Shown here piece after piece: positions 30,385 through 40,675 of a DNA stretch of 64,000 bases. This DNA is from a virus, in IMG/VR virus record IMGVR_UViG_3300043448_000837, positions 32,001-96,000 of that record. One strand, given 5' to 3'. Within the stretch, counting starts at the first letter, position 1. Every line of letters begins with the position of its first letter. Both the position numbers and the translations under genes were made by a program. Under the pieces are notes generated by a model. The model was not told the origin of the DNA, searched no databases, and worked only from the letters and a program-made list of their open reading frames with translations.

Positions 30385-30450
30385 ACTATAGCGCCTTTTG
30401 CCCGTTTTCGAAAGGGGGCAAACCGCCCTCCCAGGTACGGTTAACCGCCC
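30385..30450 (-). repeat. Cassette/promoter repeat copy 11
   Basis: Consensus copy; overlaps TAG at 30450. Confidence 0.92.
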
Positions 30451-30578
30451 TACTCGTGATAACCGATAATCACGTATCCTTGCTTCCTCAGGTCGTCCAA
30501 AGCGTGTTTCCCCCAGGGAACCCATCGCCACTCAGTTTTTCCACCTGTAAGAAGCAAGTGAACGCACATGTACCTCAT
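30450..30578 (-). CDS. 42-aa hypothetical protein (not in ORF track)
   Basis: MRYMCVHLLLTGGKTEWRWVPWG...; fills the gap and ends at the repeat. Confidence 0.5.
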   Translation of the reverse strand: MRYMCVHLLLTGGKTEWRWVPWGKHALDDLRKQGYVIIGYHE

Positions 30579-30579
30579 C

Positions 30580-31461
30580 TCAGCACCCAAGTGTCTGCAG
30601 GATTTTACCTTTGCGCTTCAACATCTGCTTGAACTCAAGCGCCTCGAAGAGCGCCTCGACGTGAAGGGGAATGGGCGGACTCGACGCAAACCAGATCAGA
30701 TCCGGAACGTCGTGCTCCAGCGTTACCAAACGCAGGTTAGCGAGGAAAGTCCCGGCATTGTCTTTCACCTTCGGGTGAAGGCAAATTCGGTCGGCACCGG
30801 TGAGTCCCGAGAAAACGTCCTCCTTGGGGCGACTTTCCTCGATAATTTTGACGGCAGTCTTCGGACCGATCTTAGGAATCCCTGCCACGTTATCGCTGGA
30901 ATCACCGCTGAGCGCCTTGAAGTATTTGACCTCTGCCGGGAACACACCGAAGTGATTAAGCACGCCGTCAATGTCAACAAGCTCGATCTTCTTCGTCGAG
31001 CTAAACAGCAGGACCTTCACCCTGTTGCTAACTAACTGAAGCAAATCTTTGTCACAAGTTAAGATGTGAATTTCGTCGTAGGCCGTTGAATGACGTGAAA
31101 TATGCGCGATTACGTCGTCAGCCTCGTAGCCTGGTGCCTTCGCGATCGTCATGCCCAGCGTGGGCAAAACTTCATCCAGCAGCAGGCTTTGATCGGCGTA
31201 GTGGGCAATGTCGCCACCCTCACGATTGGCCTTGTAGGCAGTTGACTCTTTCTTGCGCCAGTTGTTTCCACCTTCGGCGCAGGGAATCACGCAGCTATAC
31301 TCTTCCTTCGCCATGATGGCAAAGAGTGCGTTTAGGAACCCCATTGTCCCGGTAACGGGAATTCCGGCCGAAGTTGTGAGCTCACCGCAGGTGCGTGTGA
31401 GTGCAGATCGCGAGCGGTGGAACAGGGCGGAGCAGTCGATTAGCAGCAGGCGGTTCTTCAT
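30580..31461 (-). CDS. 5'-3' exonuclease / flap endonuclease (Pol I N-terminal-like)
   Basis: LLIDCS, YKANR, YEADDVIA, DKDLLQL, GDSSDNVAGIPKIGPKTA. Confidence 0.92.
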   Translation of the reverse strand: MKNRLLLIDCSALFHRSRSALTRTCGELTTSAGIPVTGTMGFLNALFAIMAKEEYSCVIPCAEGGNNWRKKESTAYKANREGGDIAHYADQSLLLDEVLPTLGMTIAKAPGYEADDVIAHISRHSTAYDEIHILTCDKDLLQLVSNRVKVLLFSSTKKIELVDIDGVLNHFGVFPAEVKYFKALSGDSSDNVAGIPKIGPKTAVKIIEESRPKEDVFSGLTGADRICLHPKVKDNAGTFLANLRLVTLEHDVPDLIWFASSPPIPLHVEALFEALEFKQMLKRKGKILQTLGC

Positions 31462-32153
31462 TGAGGGTCGGTTTCGATCTGAAAGAAGGTGTCTTGGGTG
31501 GCGTTGTAGGCAGTTAGCACTCCGGTTTTGTACGCAAGAGTGTCAATGCAAATACCGTTCGGAATTCGGTAGGGCAATGCGCCTTTCGGAGTGTGACCGA
31601 AGACAACTTTCTTGAGGTTCGGGGTCCACTTTTCAAATTGCGGCCCATCGTCCAGAAAGGGTTTCCGCATCCATAGAAATTGCTCTCGAAGGAAGTGCGT
31701 CCCCATCATCGTTTGGGGATCCTCACCAGGCGGGCACCCTGCGTGCGTAAACAGTGTGTCACCGATTACAGCGTAGTACGGCAGCTCGCGAAGCCATTCG
31801 GCGTGTTTCCGTAGTTTTTCGAAATCTTCCCAGTTTCCACCATTCTTGACCCAGTCTTCCCACCCGCAACCCTCGTCAGCGTTTAGAAACATCTGCTCGT
31901 GATTGCCACGAATCACGGTGAATGCCTCAAGACCGTTGCGAGTGGGATCCTCGAGAAGGCAGCGAGTGAGTTCCAGGACGACCAAGTCCTCCCCGCCACG
32001 ATCAATCAAGTCGCCAAGAAGAATGACATGGGCTCCGCTGTCGCGAACCCAGTCAAGAAACATTAGGTAAGGTTCTGCAGTTGCGTGAATGTCACCAACG
32101 GCGATCACGTCGCCGGGATTGATAACATCGCAGAAGTTAAAAATATCCATCAA
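31458..32153 (-). CDS. Calcineurin-like metallophosphoesterase (Ser/Thr phosphatase type)
   Basis: GDIH, GDLIDRG, GNHE, HAG, GHT, IDT. Confidence 0.9.
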   Translation of the reverse strand: MMDIFNFCDVINPGDVIAVGDIHATAEPYLMFLDWVRDSGAHVILLGDLIDRGGEDLVVLELTRCLLEDPTRNGLEAFTVIRGNHEQMFLNADEGCGWEDWVKNGGNWEDFEKLRKHAEWLRELPYYAVIGDTLFTHAGCPPGEDPQTMMGTHFLREQFLWMRKPFLDDGPQFEKWTPNLKKVVFGHTPKGALPYRIPNGICIDTLAYKTGVLTAYNATQDTFFQIETDPQ

Positions 32154-32608
32154 AAGATAAAGTTGATTCGATCAAAAGATTCGTTATAGATGTTCTTCAG
32201 AGAAGCGTTCAGCTTCTGGTGCATGGTGCGAATCACATGCTCGGGAACTTTGCGAGTCCGAGAAGCGTTGCGCTTCAGGCAGGTTTCAACAGTCGGGTTG
32301 ACGACCACGGCTTCAATCTTGGTGTAACCGTAAGACTTCAGAAGAGCGATAGCCTCCTTCCGATAAGACGCTCGATAATGAGTACCGTCCAGAATAACAG
32401 GCATACCGCAAGCTTCAGAAACCAGTTCCTCAATTCGGTCCTGGATTTCCACCCAGTTGCCCTGGATATCAGCGGACCCGTAGAGTTCAGCGCGGATGTC
32501 GTCACCGGAGATAACAAAAGCATTCTCAGACTCTGCCAGTTCGGAAGCAAAGGTGGATTTGCCGGAGCCAGGAGCTCCAACCATCACGTAAGCGCGGAAT
32601 TCGTTCAT
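32150..32608 (-). CDS. P-loop polynucleotide kinase (AAA_33)
   Basis: GAPGSGKST, DDIR, CLKRNASR; start MNEFRAY after repeat. Confidence 0.85.
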   Translation of the reverse strand: MNEFRAYVMVGAPGSGKSTFASELAESENAFVISGDDIRAELYGSADIQGNWVEIQDRIEELVSEACGMPVILDGTHYRASYRKEAIALLKSYGYTKIEAVVVNPTVETCLKRNASRTRKVPEHVIRTMHQKLNASLKNIYNESFDRINFIF

Positions 32609-32614
32609 GGTATA

Positions 32615-32680
32615 ACTATAGCGTTTTTTGGCCGAAAGGTAAAGGGGGCAAACCGCCCTCCCAGGTACGGTTAACCGCCC
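32615..32680 (-). repeat. Cassette/promoter repeat copy 12
   Basis: Supplies TAA stop of upstream gene (..KGG*). Confidence 0.9.
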
Positions 32681-32860
32681 TTTCGAGAAGCTTCGTAGAA
32701 CCGCCAACGATCGAGCCACTCCTTCCAAGGGTTGGAATCGTCGATTACTCCTTGATCAAGGTTCACAAAGTCTTGAACGATTCGCGCAGCGTCCTGAAGA
32801 TCTTCGTCACTCCATGGTTCTTTCGGGAAAATGTTCTGGTTAGGAGTTGCGAGTAGGAGG

Positions 32861-33427
32861 TTACGCAGCTTGGACTTTAGAATTTCTGTTGTCACGGTGA
32901 AGCTCCTCTTTACGAAGGATCATAGCCAAGGCAGTCGCGTATTCATCTCCACCGTACAGACCGATAAGATCCTGGAGGAATTCCTCCGCATCGATGAAGA
33001 ATCGCATTTGCGTCGAAGAGTTGGTTCGGCGGTTGATGATTGTCGGACAGTCATAGACTTCTCCGAGTTTTCTCGCCATTTCCTGCTGATCGGAACCGAG
33101 AACAATCGCGGCTTCCTTCCAGTAGGAAGATTCTACAGCTTTTGAGACTGCTTCGTACGGGCTCTTGGCTTTGTTAAAGTATACCCGATTCATGTCCAGT
33201 TTCGCTTCTCGGCATAGGTGCGTTAGAAGAAGCACACGAAGGTCCCAATCGTTGTTTTTCACTCCGTCGGACACGTAAACGTGGGCTTCATCGCCGTGGG
33301 CGAGCATCATTTGAATAAGCTCAATATGCCCCGAATGAGGTATATTCATCCGAGCAAAAGTTACGGTGCGCTCATAACGGATGGGTTGTTGTTTCAAGAT
33401 CGTCTTTTCTCTAACTATAGTAATCAT
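32861..33427 (-). CDS. HxGH cytidylyltransferase-like protein
   Basis: TFARMNIPHSGH, VLGSD, SSTQMR; start codon uncertain. Confidence 0.75.
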   Translation of the reverse strand: MITIVREKTILKQQPIRYERTVTFARMNIPHSGHIELIQMMLAHGDEAHVYVSDGVKNNDWDLRVLLLTHLCREAKLDMNRVYFNKAKSPYEAVSKAVESSYWKEAAIVLGSDQQEMARKLGEVYDCPTIINRRTNSSTQMRFFIDAEEFLQDLIGLYGGDEYATALAMILRKEELHRDNRNSKVQAA

Positions 33428-33488
33428 ACCGCGAAACGGTGTCTAAGTAAAGGCGGGTTTACCGTCTGTCTTGGGCGGTTAACCGCCC
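33423..33488 (-). repeat. Cassette/promoter repeat copy 13
   Basis: GGGCGGTTAACCGCCC..TTTACT..TATGAT. Confidence 0.75.
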
Positions 33489-34322
33489 CTTCACCCATCC
33501 TAAGGGTTCTTCACCAGGGATGAACATTTTTTCGACAACTTGCTTCAGGTTTTTGTACCACCTCATGCTCTTAGTTTTAGGTTCCACCCCAAACATAGGG
33601 TTATTGCTCCCGGCGACGGCCAAACTTTTCAGTTTACGGGTCTCCTCCAAGATAGGTTTTCTCCCGTTCCTCCACCCCTCGGGTAAATCGGAGTTTGGGG
33701 GTATCATTGTTTCTCGCTCACCATTGGTAATCCACACCCATTCATCAATCCTGAAGCAGTTTTCTCTCATTTTTTGGAGGGTCTCTTCTGAGGCTTTTTT
33801 GCCCTTCCTGCCTAGTCCGATTTTTCTTTTTCTCTCCTCCGAGTGGGGTCCTCGGATTTGCCCTCGATTTTTTGAGCCACCTGTCTTACCCATTTCGGAG
33901 TAAAATTCAAAAGATCGTTTCGGGAAGTTCGCTGTTCTGTTATGGTGGGCCTGCCACTTTACACGTAGTGTTTCAAACAACGGGGGAAGAACTTCCCTAG
34001 GCACCATAGCAAAGCATTTCCTGCCGGTAACTTCACTCTGGATAACACCGGCAATCCAATGCTGATAGGTTGTTAGTGACTGAGAGTTTAATGGAGTCAG
34101 TAAACCTCCCTCGCAGTCAGGGACTTCAATATGATGAATTTCTCTACCGTACCAATCCCAATCTTCTTCTGATAAGCGAAGGTTAGCAATGTGGCAATCG
34201 TACAAAAAGTCGCTGTAAATGTCTTCTACAGAACGCATGACATCAGAATAACTAACGTTATTATACCCGTGTCCGGTATGAGGTAAGTTAAAGTCTGTGC
34301 TAGCCGCCCTCCTCACTGTCAA
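33459..34322 (-). CDS. Free-standing homing endonuclease (HNH-like with NUMOD3 repeats)
   Basis: IHHI..P..GG...N..LT..QH; HSEERKRKI, SEETLQKM, WITNG, NPMFG. Confidence 0.75.
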   Translation of the reverse strand: MTVRRAASTDFNLPHTGHGYNNVSYSDVMRSVEDIYSDFLYDCHIANLRLSEEDWDWYGREIHHIEVPDCEGGLLTPLNSQSLTTYQHWIAGVIQSEVTGRKCFAMVPREVLPPLFETLRVKWQAHHNRTANFPKRSFEFYSEMGKTGGSKNRGQIRGPHSEERKRKIGLGRKGKKASEETLQKMRENCFRIDEWVWITNGERETMIPPNSDLPEGWRNGRKPILEETRKLKSLAVAGSNNPMFGVEPKTKSMRWYKNLKQVVEKMFIPGEEPLGWVKGRLTAQDRR

Positions 34323-34981
34323 ACGTGAAATACTCGTAGATTTCGCTCATAACGCATTGCTCGATGTGCGCTATGATTGACCCTTCGTTCGGATTTTCCA
34401 CGTGTTTGTGGGCTCGTGCGTATCCCCGTCTCACACCCTGCTCGATTGCCATCTCCAGGATGACTCTAGTCTTCGGTTTCATCGTCGTCTCCCCACCTTA
34501 GAACAAGGTGATCATAGGTTCCTGCGAAGTAGTGGTAAAGTTGTCTGGCGAAGATCTCGTACGGCTCGCCTTGCCCTTCGATTGCGGAAGTTACCGCCAC
34601 TTGCCAGAAGATTCGAAGGTGGTCTTTTTCAGGGAGTGGTTTCATCGTACCCTACTATCAAAGATTTTCTTGAGTTCGTTATGAACTGTTCGCAGTTCAT
34701 CGTACCCATTGTTAATAGTCAATAAATCTTTATTGTGCCCAAAAAGACTGAAAAGTTGTCGCAGTTGCTCTTCTGAGAGTGTGAGTTTGTAGTTCTTTTG
34801 GATTTCAATCATAGTTTATTCCTGTAAGTGTATGTAATTTCTCCAGTTTCCTTATTCATCAGGTGTGCCCAGTCAGTTGGAAGTGTATCACAACAATCCC
34901 GAAACTTTTCAGTTGAAGATACTTCCATCACAATAGGAAGATTGTTAGAATGATGATAAAAGATTGCTACAAGAGTCATAA

Positions 34982-35061
34982 GAGGTTCCTGTGTGTATGA
35001 GAATATTATAAGGCACTCACAGGGTCTGCGGTGAGGTCTTGTGCCAGTTCTTCAAGTGTCA
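34982..35061 (-). repeat. Second repeat family (GACACT-N5-AACTGGCACA...TATAAT) copy A
   Basis: TGACACTTGAAGAACTGGCACA...GCCTTATAAT. Confidence 0.8.
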
Positions 35062-35261
35062 AGTCGTTCCCAAAACATATCAATCATACCACAATTTACT
35101 GATGTCCAGAAAACTTGATAGGATTTTCCATCAATAAACATAGTCGTGCCAGTTTGGTTCCTAATCTCATCAGGGTCAAGAATTTCTTGGGTTATCCAAA
35201 ACTTCCAATCATTAAAGCATCTTATAAAATCACACATTAAAGTTCCTTTGTTTGTCCTACT

Positions 35262-35319
35262 ATTATAAGGCATTTACAGGGTCTATGGTGAGGTCTTGTG
35301 CCAGTTTAGGGAGTGTCCA
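35262..35319 (-). repeat. Second repeat family copy B
   Basis: GGACACTCCCTAAACTGGCACA...GCCTTATAAT. Confidence 0.8.
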
Positions 35320-35806
35320 GAAGTGCCTTGAGTGCTTCTTTGAGTTTCTTATTTTCTTCCTCAAGTTCTTTAACTTTTTGAGAAAGAGAAGTATCATCTT
35401 GAGTTTCTTCTTTCTTCTCAAGAATAGTTCCAGTTACATTAGCACCCTCAAGGTTAGCACACCTAAGGTTAGCATACTCAAGGTAAGCACCCCGAAGGTA
35501 AGCACCCACAAGGTTAGCATCCCTAAGGTTAGCATACCTAAGGTTAGCACCCCGAAGGTTAGCATCCACAAGGTCAGCACCCCGAAGGTTAGCACCCACA
35601 AGGTTAGCACCCCGAAGGTTAGCATCCACAAGGTCAGCACCCACAAGGTTAGCACCCCGAAGGTTAGCATCCACAAGGTCAGCACCCCGAAGGTTAGCAC
35701 CCACAAGGTTAGCACCCCGAAGGTTAGCATCCACAAGGTCAGCACCCCGAAGGTTAGCACCCACAAGGTAAGCACCAGGTTTGATTTCGTATCCGTTGAT
35801 TTTCAT
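35306..35806 (-). CDS. Pentapeptide repeat protein
   Basis: Tandem A(N/D/Y)Lxx repeats; start MKINGYE. Confidence 0.92.
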   Translation of the reverse strand: MKINGYEIKPGAYLVGANLRGADLVDANLRGANLVGANLRGADLVDANLRGANLVGADLVDANLRGANLVGANLRGADLVDANLRGANLRYANLRDANLVGAYLRGAYLEYANLRCANLEGANVTGTILEKKEETQDDTSLSQKVKELEEENKKLKEALKALLDTP

Positions 35807-35807
35807 A

Positions 35808-35889
35808 AGAGGTGTCTGTGTGTATGAGAGTATTATAAGGCAAAACACACTCCATCACAAGGAGGAGTGTGCCAGTTTAGGGAGTGTCC
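35808..35889 (-). repeat. Second repeat family copy C
   Basis: GGACACTCCCTAAACTGGCACA...GCCTTATAAT..CTCATACACACAG. Confidence 0.8.
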
Positions 35890-37160
35890 TGATAATACAT
35901 ATCCTCTTCATATTTTACATAATCACTTTGAAGATAGTTAAAGAACTCTCCGTCTTCACTTCTCATAGTATAGCACCACTCATCAAAGATTTCTCCAATC
36001 CAATACCACCCGACTTGGATTTTTTCAAAGAAGTTCATAGGACGATTGTAGAGTTTAGTCATTTATCGTGAAACCAATTGTAAGCAATCATCCACAATAC
36101 TCCCCAAGCAGTTCCAAACATAAACCACAAAACATACTGTGGAAAGAACAAAGCAACTAACAGAACACCAAACCAAAGTGAAGGAACATAGATTGTTTTT
36201 AGAGATTTGATGTATTTGAGTAGTTTAGTCATTCTTCATCCTCATTATAAAACTCATCCCAATCAGGATGAGGAAGTCCAGCAACTACCATTTCACCACA
36301 TTCAGGACAGTGAAACATACCAATAGGAGCATCTTTGTAGATGTCTGCTGTTGGGTCAAAAGTGCATTTAGTCATTTCAATTTTGTAATTAGTCATAAGT
36401 CTTTAAATAGTATGATACGAACTTAGGTGTTCATTAACATAAGCAATCGCTTTCTTAATATCTCCATTTGTTGAGTATAATGCCTTCTTGCAATCCATTA
36501 TCCCGGCACCAGTTATTTCACGCAACTCTTTAATTAACTTAGGGTCTTTATGAGGTTCAGTCATTTCAAGTTATCCATAAGAAATTGTTTGTAATCATCT
36601 TGTCCTTTATAATACTCATCGGAATAATCAGGATTATCAATTGTATAATCGGGCAACCACTCCTTCAGTAGTTTTATCATTTCTATGACAAACCTTGGGT
36701 CGTGTAGTCCTCCCGTTTTTTTAAGATAATAGAAAAAGAAAGATTCTTTGTTTATACTCATTTTTTCACCTCACAAGAAGCAATAAGTTTTACGATGTGA
36801 TAGTATTCTTTGTAGTGCTCTGTATTATTCCATTCTTCATAGGCATCTTCTATTGTAAGATAAATGTGCTGATTGGTCTTATGTAAATCAGCATAGACTT
36901 TACCATCCTGCCTCTTCAACATAATCACATAGAATTCAGTCATTCTTCATCCTCTGCAATTTTCCAGTGTTTGTCCTGCAAGTTTCCGAAACGGTTGGAT
37001 CCAGTCCGAGTAGACACCCAGAAGAAGTATTTGCGGTTCTCGGATGCCAGAAACAACTCACCGCCAGTGTCCTGTTCGACAATGCACAGTGGGTTGCCAT
37101 CCATTGAGTTTGCTAGGCGATTCTTCGCCTTGGCGCTGAGTGCTTCGACTCTGACTTTCC

Positions 37161-37763
37161 TCATTTAAAACTAATCACAGTGGGCATCGGAGCGTTGTAG
37201 GCAAGCTCCTTCAGGTTGAGACGCTTCGCGTCGTGAGCGTAGTGGAAGAACCCGCTGTTGGTTCCTTGCCACATGCGGGTAGGATTGCAAGCATGCTTAT
37301 CAGCAAGGTTGCCAGACTGAGCACGCATAGCTTTCAGGGCGCGAGCACACTCGTCGTATGACAGATTCAGGTCGGTTTCAACACGCCACAGCAGGCGGTA
37401 GGATTGGTTGCGGAAACGACCGTCGTTGGAAAAGGTGAAGTAACCGAGCCAAGGCTTCATGTCGAAGTAGTTAAACCACTGGACCATATCGTTACCGGAA
37501 ACTTCGCAAACGTCAAAGTCGAGACCGACAAGCGTTTGAGTGCGCCAGCAGAGCTTTTCAAACTGGAGTTCCATCAGATCGCGACCGTTCAGGAGACCAC
37601 CGTAAAAAGGGCAACCTTTCTCGGTCACAAGGCGAATGAATTCGTGCTCGTGCAGCGCCTCCCAGGGACGCTGAATCATACGCTCGCGGAGCTTACCGTA
37701 CTCCTGGAGAGTTTCGGGCTTGGACTGACGGGGATCGCCGAGGTGGCAGAGGACTTTGTTCAT
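37161..37763 (-). CDS. Possible primase-polymerase-like N-terminal domain protein
   Basis: LDFD, YFTFS...YRL, D..C.NPTR. Confidence 0.5.
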   Translation of the reverse strand: MNKVLCHLGDPRQSKPETLQEYGKLRERMIQRPWEALHEHEFIRLVTEKGCPFYGGLLNGRDLMELQFEKLCWRTQTLVGLDFDVCEVSGNDMVQWFNYFDMKPWLGYFTFSNDGRFRNQSYRLLWRVETDLNLSYDECARALKAMRAQSGNLADKHACNPTRMWQGTNSGFFHYAHDAKRLNLKELAYNAPMPTVISFK

Positions 37764-37769
37764 GATATA

Positions 37770-37836
37770 ACTATAGCGTGGTTTGGCTGTTTTGGAAAGG
37801 GGGGCAAACCGCCCTCCCAGGTACGGTTAACCGCCC
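37770..37836 (-). repeat. Cassette/promoter repeat copy 14
   Basis: Abuts TGA at 37837; ATG 6 nt after TATAGT. Confidence 0.9.
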
Positions 37837-38640
37837 TCACGGCAAAGTAAGTTCAAGAAGTGGGTTAAAGTCTGGATTAAGATCGCTGGAGTTTACCCCG
37901 GTGTAGTAACCACGCGGATTACATATTACACGACAATCGCCGATGTTGTAATCGAATGAGTTATGTGTGTGTCCGTGCGACCAAACTTTAATTTGAGGGT
38001 GCGCCAAGATGTAATCGTTCATGTCGGTAACATACGCCCCGTTCGCAATACCTGCAGAACGATATTTCGGGTGAACGGACTGGTAAGAAGGGGCATGATG
38101 TGTCATTACCCATATTTTTCTCATCTTCATCTCGTTGAGTTTCTCTGTCAGAAATTTGCGAGATCTTTTATGAAAAGACAAAGTATCGTCCGGGGTCATC
38201 TTTCGGTATTTTGATGTTATTCGAACGGTCTTATAGTCGTTCATGCACTGAGCCGCCTCCATCATTTCCAGTGCATTCTCGTTGCGAAAATCTGTCCAAA
38301 ACGTTGAACCAATGAACATCCAGTCTTCGACCTCAGCGATGTTGTCTTCCAGCAACTCAATACCTTTGGGAAGGTTATCGCGAAGAGCAACCCAGGTTCC
38401 CTCGTAGTTGTATCCGTAGTGCTCGTGATTTCCAGCGATGTAAAGAACCCGATCAAAGTTTTTCAGACACTTATCCAGAAAGTCAAGATAGACTTTCCGA
38501 AGGGGTCCGTTTGTTTTCAGGTGCTTTGCGCACAGAATGTCTCCCCCGAGAACCAGAACATCGCCGGTGCCGAGGTCAGGAACTTCCCCACCACTACAAA
38601 ACTCGAGGTGCAGATCGGATACGACTCTTACTGTTGTCAT
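37837..38640 (-). CDS. Metallophosphoesterase
   Basis: SDLHLE, GGD, GNHEHY, THHAPS, HGHTH, NPRGY. Confidence 0.9.
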   Translation of the reverse strand: MTTVRVVSDLHLEFCSGGEVPDLGTGDVLVLGGDILCAKHLKTNGPLRKVYLDFLDKCLKNFDRVLYIAGNHEHYGYNYEGTWVALRDNLPKGIELLEDNIAEVEDWMFIGSTFWTDFRNENALEMMEAAQCMNDYKTVRITSKYRKMTPDDTLSFHKRSRKFLTEKLNEMKMRKIWVMTHHAPSYQSVHPKYRSAGIANGAYVTDMNDYILAHPQIKVWSHGHTHNSFDYNIGDCRVICNPRGYYTGVNSSDLNPDFNPLLELTLP

Positions 38641-38768
38641 TTCACTAGCTCAAATTTCTTCTTCAGTGCATTGAGAGATTGTTTTCGTGCGCGAATTTGC
38701 CCTTTGCACAAACCTTTCGTCTGCTTACGCTTTCCGGAGTTATGCAGCCAGTTCGGTACTCTTTTCAT
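38637..38768 (-). CDS. 43-aa basic protein (not in ORF track)
   Basis: MKRVPNWLHNSGKRKQ...; leaderless start and ATGA coupling. Confidence 0.65.
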   Translation of the reverse strand: MKRVPNWLHNSGKRKQTKGLCKGQIRARKQSLNALKKKFELVK

Positions 38769-38774
38769 GCTTCA

Positions 38775-38843
38775 AGCATAGCTCAAAAGGCGGTCCCCGT
38801 AAAGCCGGGAAACCGCCCTAAGAAGGTAGGGGAAACCCTACCC
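38775..38843 (-). repeat. Cassette/promoter repeat copy 15
   Basis: TTTACG..TATGCT with ATG 6 nt downstream. Confidence 0.75.
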
Positions 38844-38894
38844 GTCGAAAACAGCCTGCAGCGGGCCTCAACCGGTGGCTAGGCCCACCGTCCC

Positions 38895-39137
38895 TCACAC
38901 AGCGGCAGGCTCCGCAGCGGGCTCCTCGGTGGCCTCAGGGAGCGTCAGGCCGAAGGCCTCAAGGATGTCAGGGTAACCAGCTTGAACGATCGCACGGAGA
39001 AGTCCGTCGTCGTCCATTTGGCTTACAGCAGCTTGGACAGCTTCGCTGTAAACACGAATCAGCTCGCGCAGGGGAGCGTTTTCACAAACGCGGGAAACGA
39101 GAACGTTTACCACGTCGTCACGATTTTCGATAGCCAT
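38895..39137 (-). CDS. Hypothetical protein
   Basis: 80-aa ORF. Confidence 0.6.
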   Translation of the reverse strand: MAIENRDDVVNVLVSRVCENAPLRELIRVYSEAVQAAVSQMDDDGLLRAIVQAGYPDILEAFGLTLPEATEEPAAEPAAV

Positions 39138-39192
39138 AGTATGTTGTTACTAAGATTGTAAATTGGGTAGTTACGGGGAAGTTCGTAACTAA

Positions 39193-39278
39193 CGGAGAGA
39201 ACAGGACTCGAACCTGCGAAGGGTTTTATCCCCCGACCGCTCTCGAAACGGCGTCCTCGACCGAACCGGACTCTCTCC
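39193..39278 (-). tRNA. tRNA-Ser(CGA)
   Basis: Cloverleaf, loop TTCGAGA, long variable arm. Confidence 0.85.
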
Positions 39279-39282
39279 AAGG

Positions 39283-39364
39283 TGTCCCCTGCCGGACTTG
39301 AACCGGCACGACTACTGTCAGCGCATTTTAAGTGCGCCGCGCCTACCAATTACGCCAAGGGGAC
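39283..39364 (-). tRNA. tRNA-Leu(TAA)
   Basis: Loop CTTAAAA. Confidence 0.9.
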
Positions 39365-39368
39365 AAGG

Positions 39369-39441
39369 TGCTCAGTGCGAGGATCGAACTCGCCTGTATC
39401 CGATTATGAGTCGGGTGCTTTCACCAGATAGCTAACTGAGC
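39369..39441 (-). tRNA. tRNA-Met or Ile2 (CAT)
   Basis: Loop CTCATAA. Confidence 0.85.
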
Positions 39442-39469
39442 AAAACTTGTGTTGAACTCCGAAAACAGT

Positions 39470-39769
39470 TTAGCTAGAACTCACGAGCCGGTAAATTGGG
39501 CCGATTCGGTTTCGGAACATGAGCTCGATCGTTGCAAGTTCTGGCGACCTTTCAGCTTTCTTGCGAGATTGAGAATCCTTCCAGAAGATTAACGTCTCGA
39601 CCATTCCCCCAGGGTTGACTGAGTGGGTCTTGCGCAAGAAGCCACGTTGACGTTGAAGCCAAGGGAGCCAGACTTGATTGTCGGCGGTGATGAAATCTTC
39701 TACAAGGTGGGGCGTAACCTGGAATAGCAGACGCTCAATTTCCACGCTTCCACTCCTCCCACTTGTCAA
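39470..39769 (-). CDS. ABM-like dimeric alpha/beta barrel protein (cyanobacterial type)
   Basis: IERLLFQV..DNQVWLPWLQRQRGF. Confidence 0.55.
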   Translation of the reverse strand: MTSGRSGSVEIERLLFQVTPHLVEDFITADNQVWLPWLQRQRGFLRKTHSVNPGGMVETLIFWKDSQSRKKAERSPELATIELMFRNRIGPIYRLVSSS

Positions 39770-39998
39770 CGGGGCACCGCATATTGGCTGACGCAGTCTT
39801 CAGCGGCATGAAACAACCGCAAACCTCACAGGTTTGACTGTCGCTGCGGTAACGGTCGCAGCTTTCACAGATTGCCATCCGCTCTTTCGCCACGGCGCGA
39901 GGGGCAATCGTTGGATCCTCGAGAAGTCGCTTCGCCGTGTCTTTGATCGAGGCTGCGAAACTTCGACGACAACAATCCGGATCGTTCACATCCCCCAT
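39735..39998 (-). CDS. Cys-rich small protein
   Basis: ERMAICESC..CEVCGCFM..CPVDKW. Confidence 0.65.
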   Translation of the reverse strand: MGDVNDPDCCRRSFAASIKDTAKRLLEDPTIAPRAVAKERMAICESCDRYRSDSQTCEVCGCFMPLKTASANMRCPVDKWEEWKRGN

Positions 39999-40675
39999 GC
40001 TTTTCTCCGTTGAGCGTTTTCAGGGTCGCAATTTTTCGCGTATTCCATTGGAGTAACCATGAGCCATTCCCCCGAGTTTTCTCCAGAAATTAGAGGGAGA
40101 GTTTCGTCGTGGGTTAAATTCTCGTATTCGGATCCGTCTCGCATTCTGACTCGATAAAGAGGTTCACCCATCAGTCCCAATACGAATGAAGTGTGCGAAG
40201 ATGCGAGAGTATTATACCGTCCTCGACAGAGCGGTAAACTGAGGGCAGCTTTCCGTGTTGCTTGTAGTATGCCAGCTCAGAAACAACGGCACGAGTCACG
40301 GTGCAATCGGCAACCCACTCACGAAACCAGAAACAATCGAACTTTTCAATATACCGCCAAGTGGGATCTTCGTGGGTCCACGCTCTGCCATAACCATCGT
40401 ACTTACTAGAAAGACTCCAGCCCAGATCGTCGCAAATCCAGGCATCGTAACGCTCAGGGTCGTCGATAGTGAGGACCTGTTTATACTCTTCGGATCCGCC
40501 CTTTGCTTGACACCAGACGAAGTCTTCGCCGGGATCGTTTGAACGACTGCATTTGAAAACGCAGTTGACTATCATGTAGGGGACATTGGGCCACGGTTTA
40601 GGCGACTCCGAGGTACGAAAGTCCACCCGAAGGTTTGTGATTTGCAAAGCCATGATTTATCTCTCAGAAGAATAA

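Noticed and set aside
35440-35780. 15-bp tandem repeats as CRISPR, and alternative-frame ORFs 35252..35827 and 35434..35775
   Set aside because: Explained by the pentapeptide-repeat coding frame
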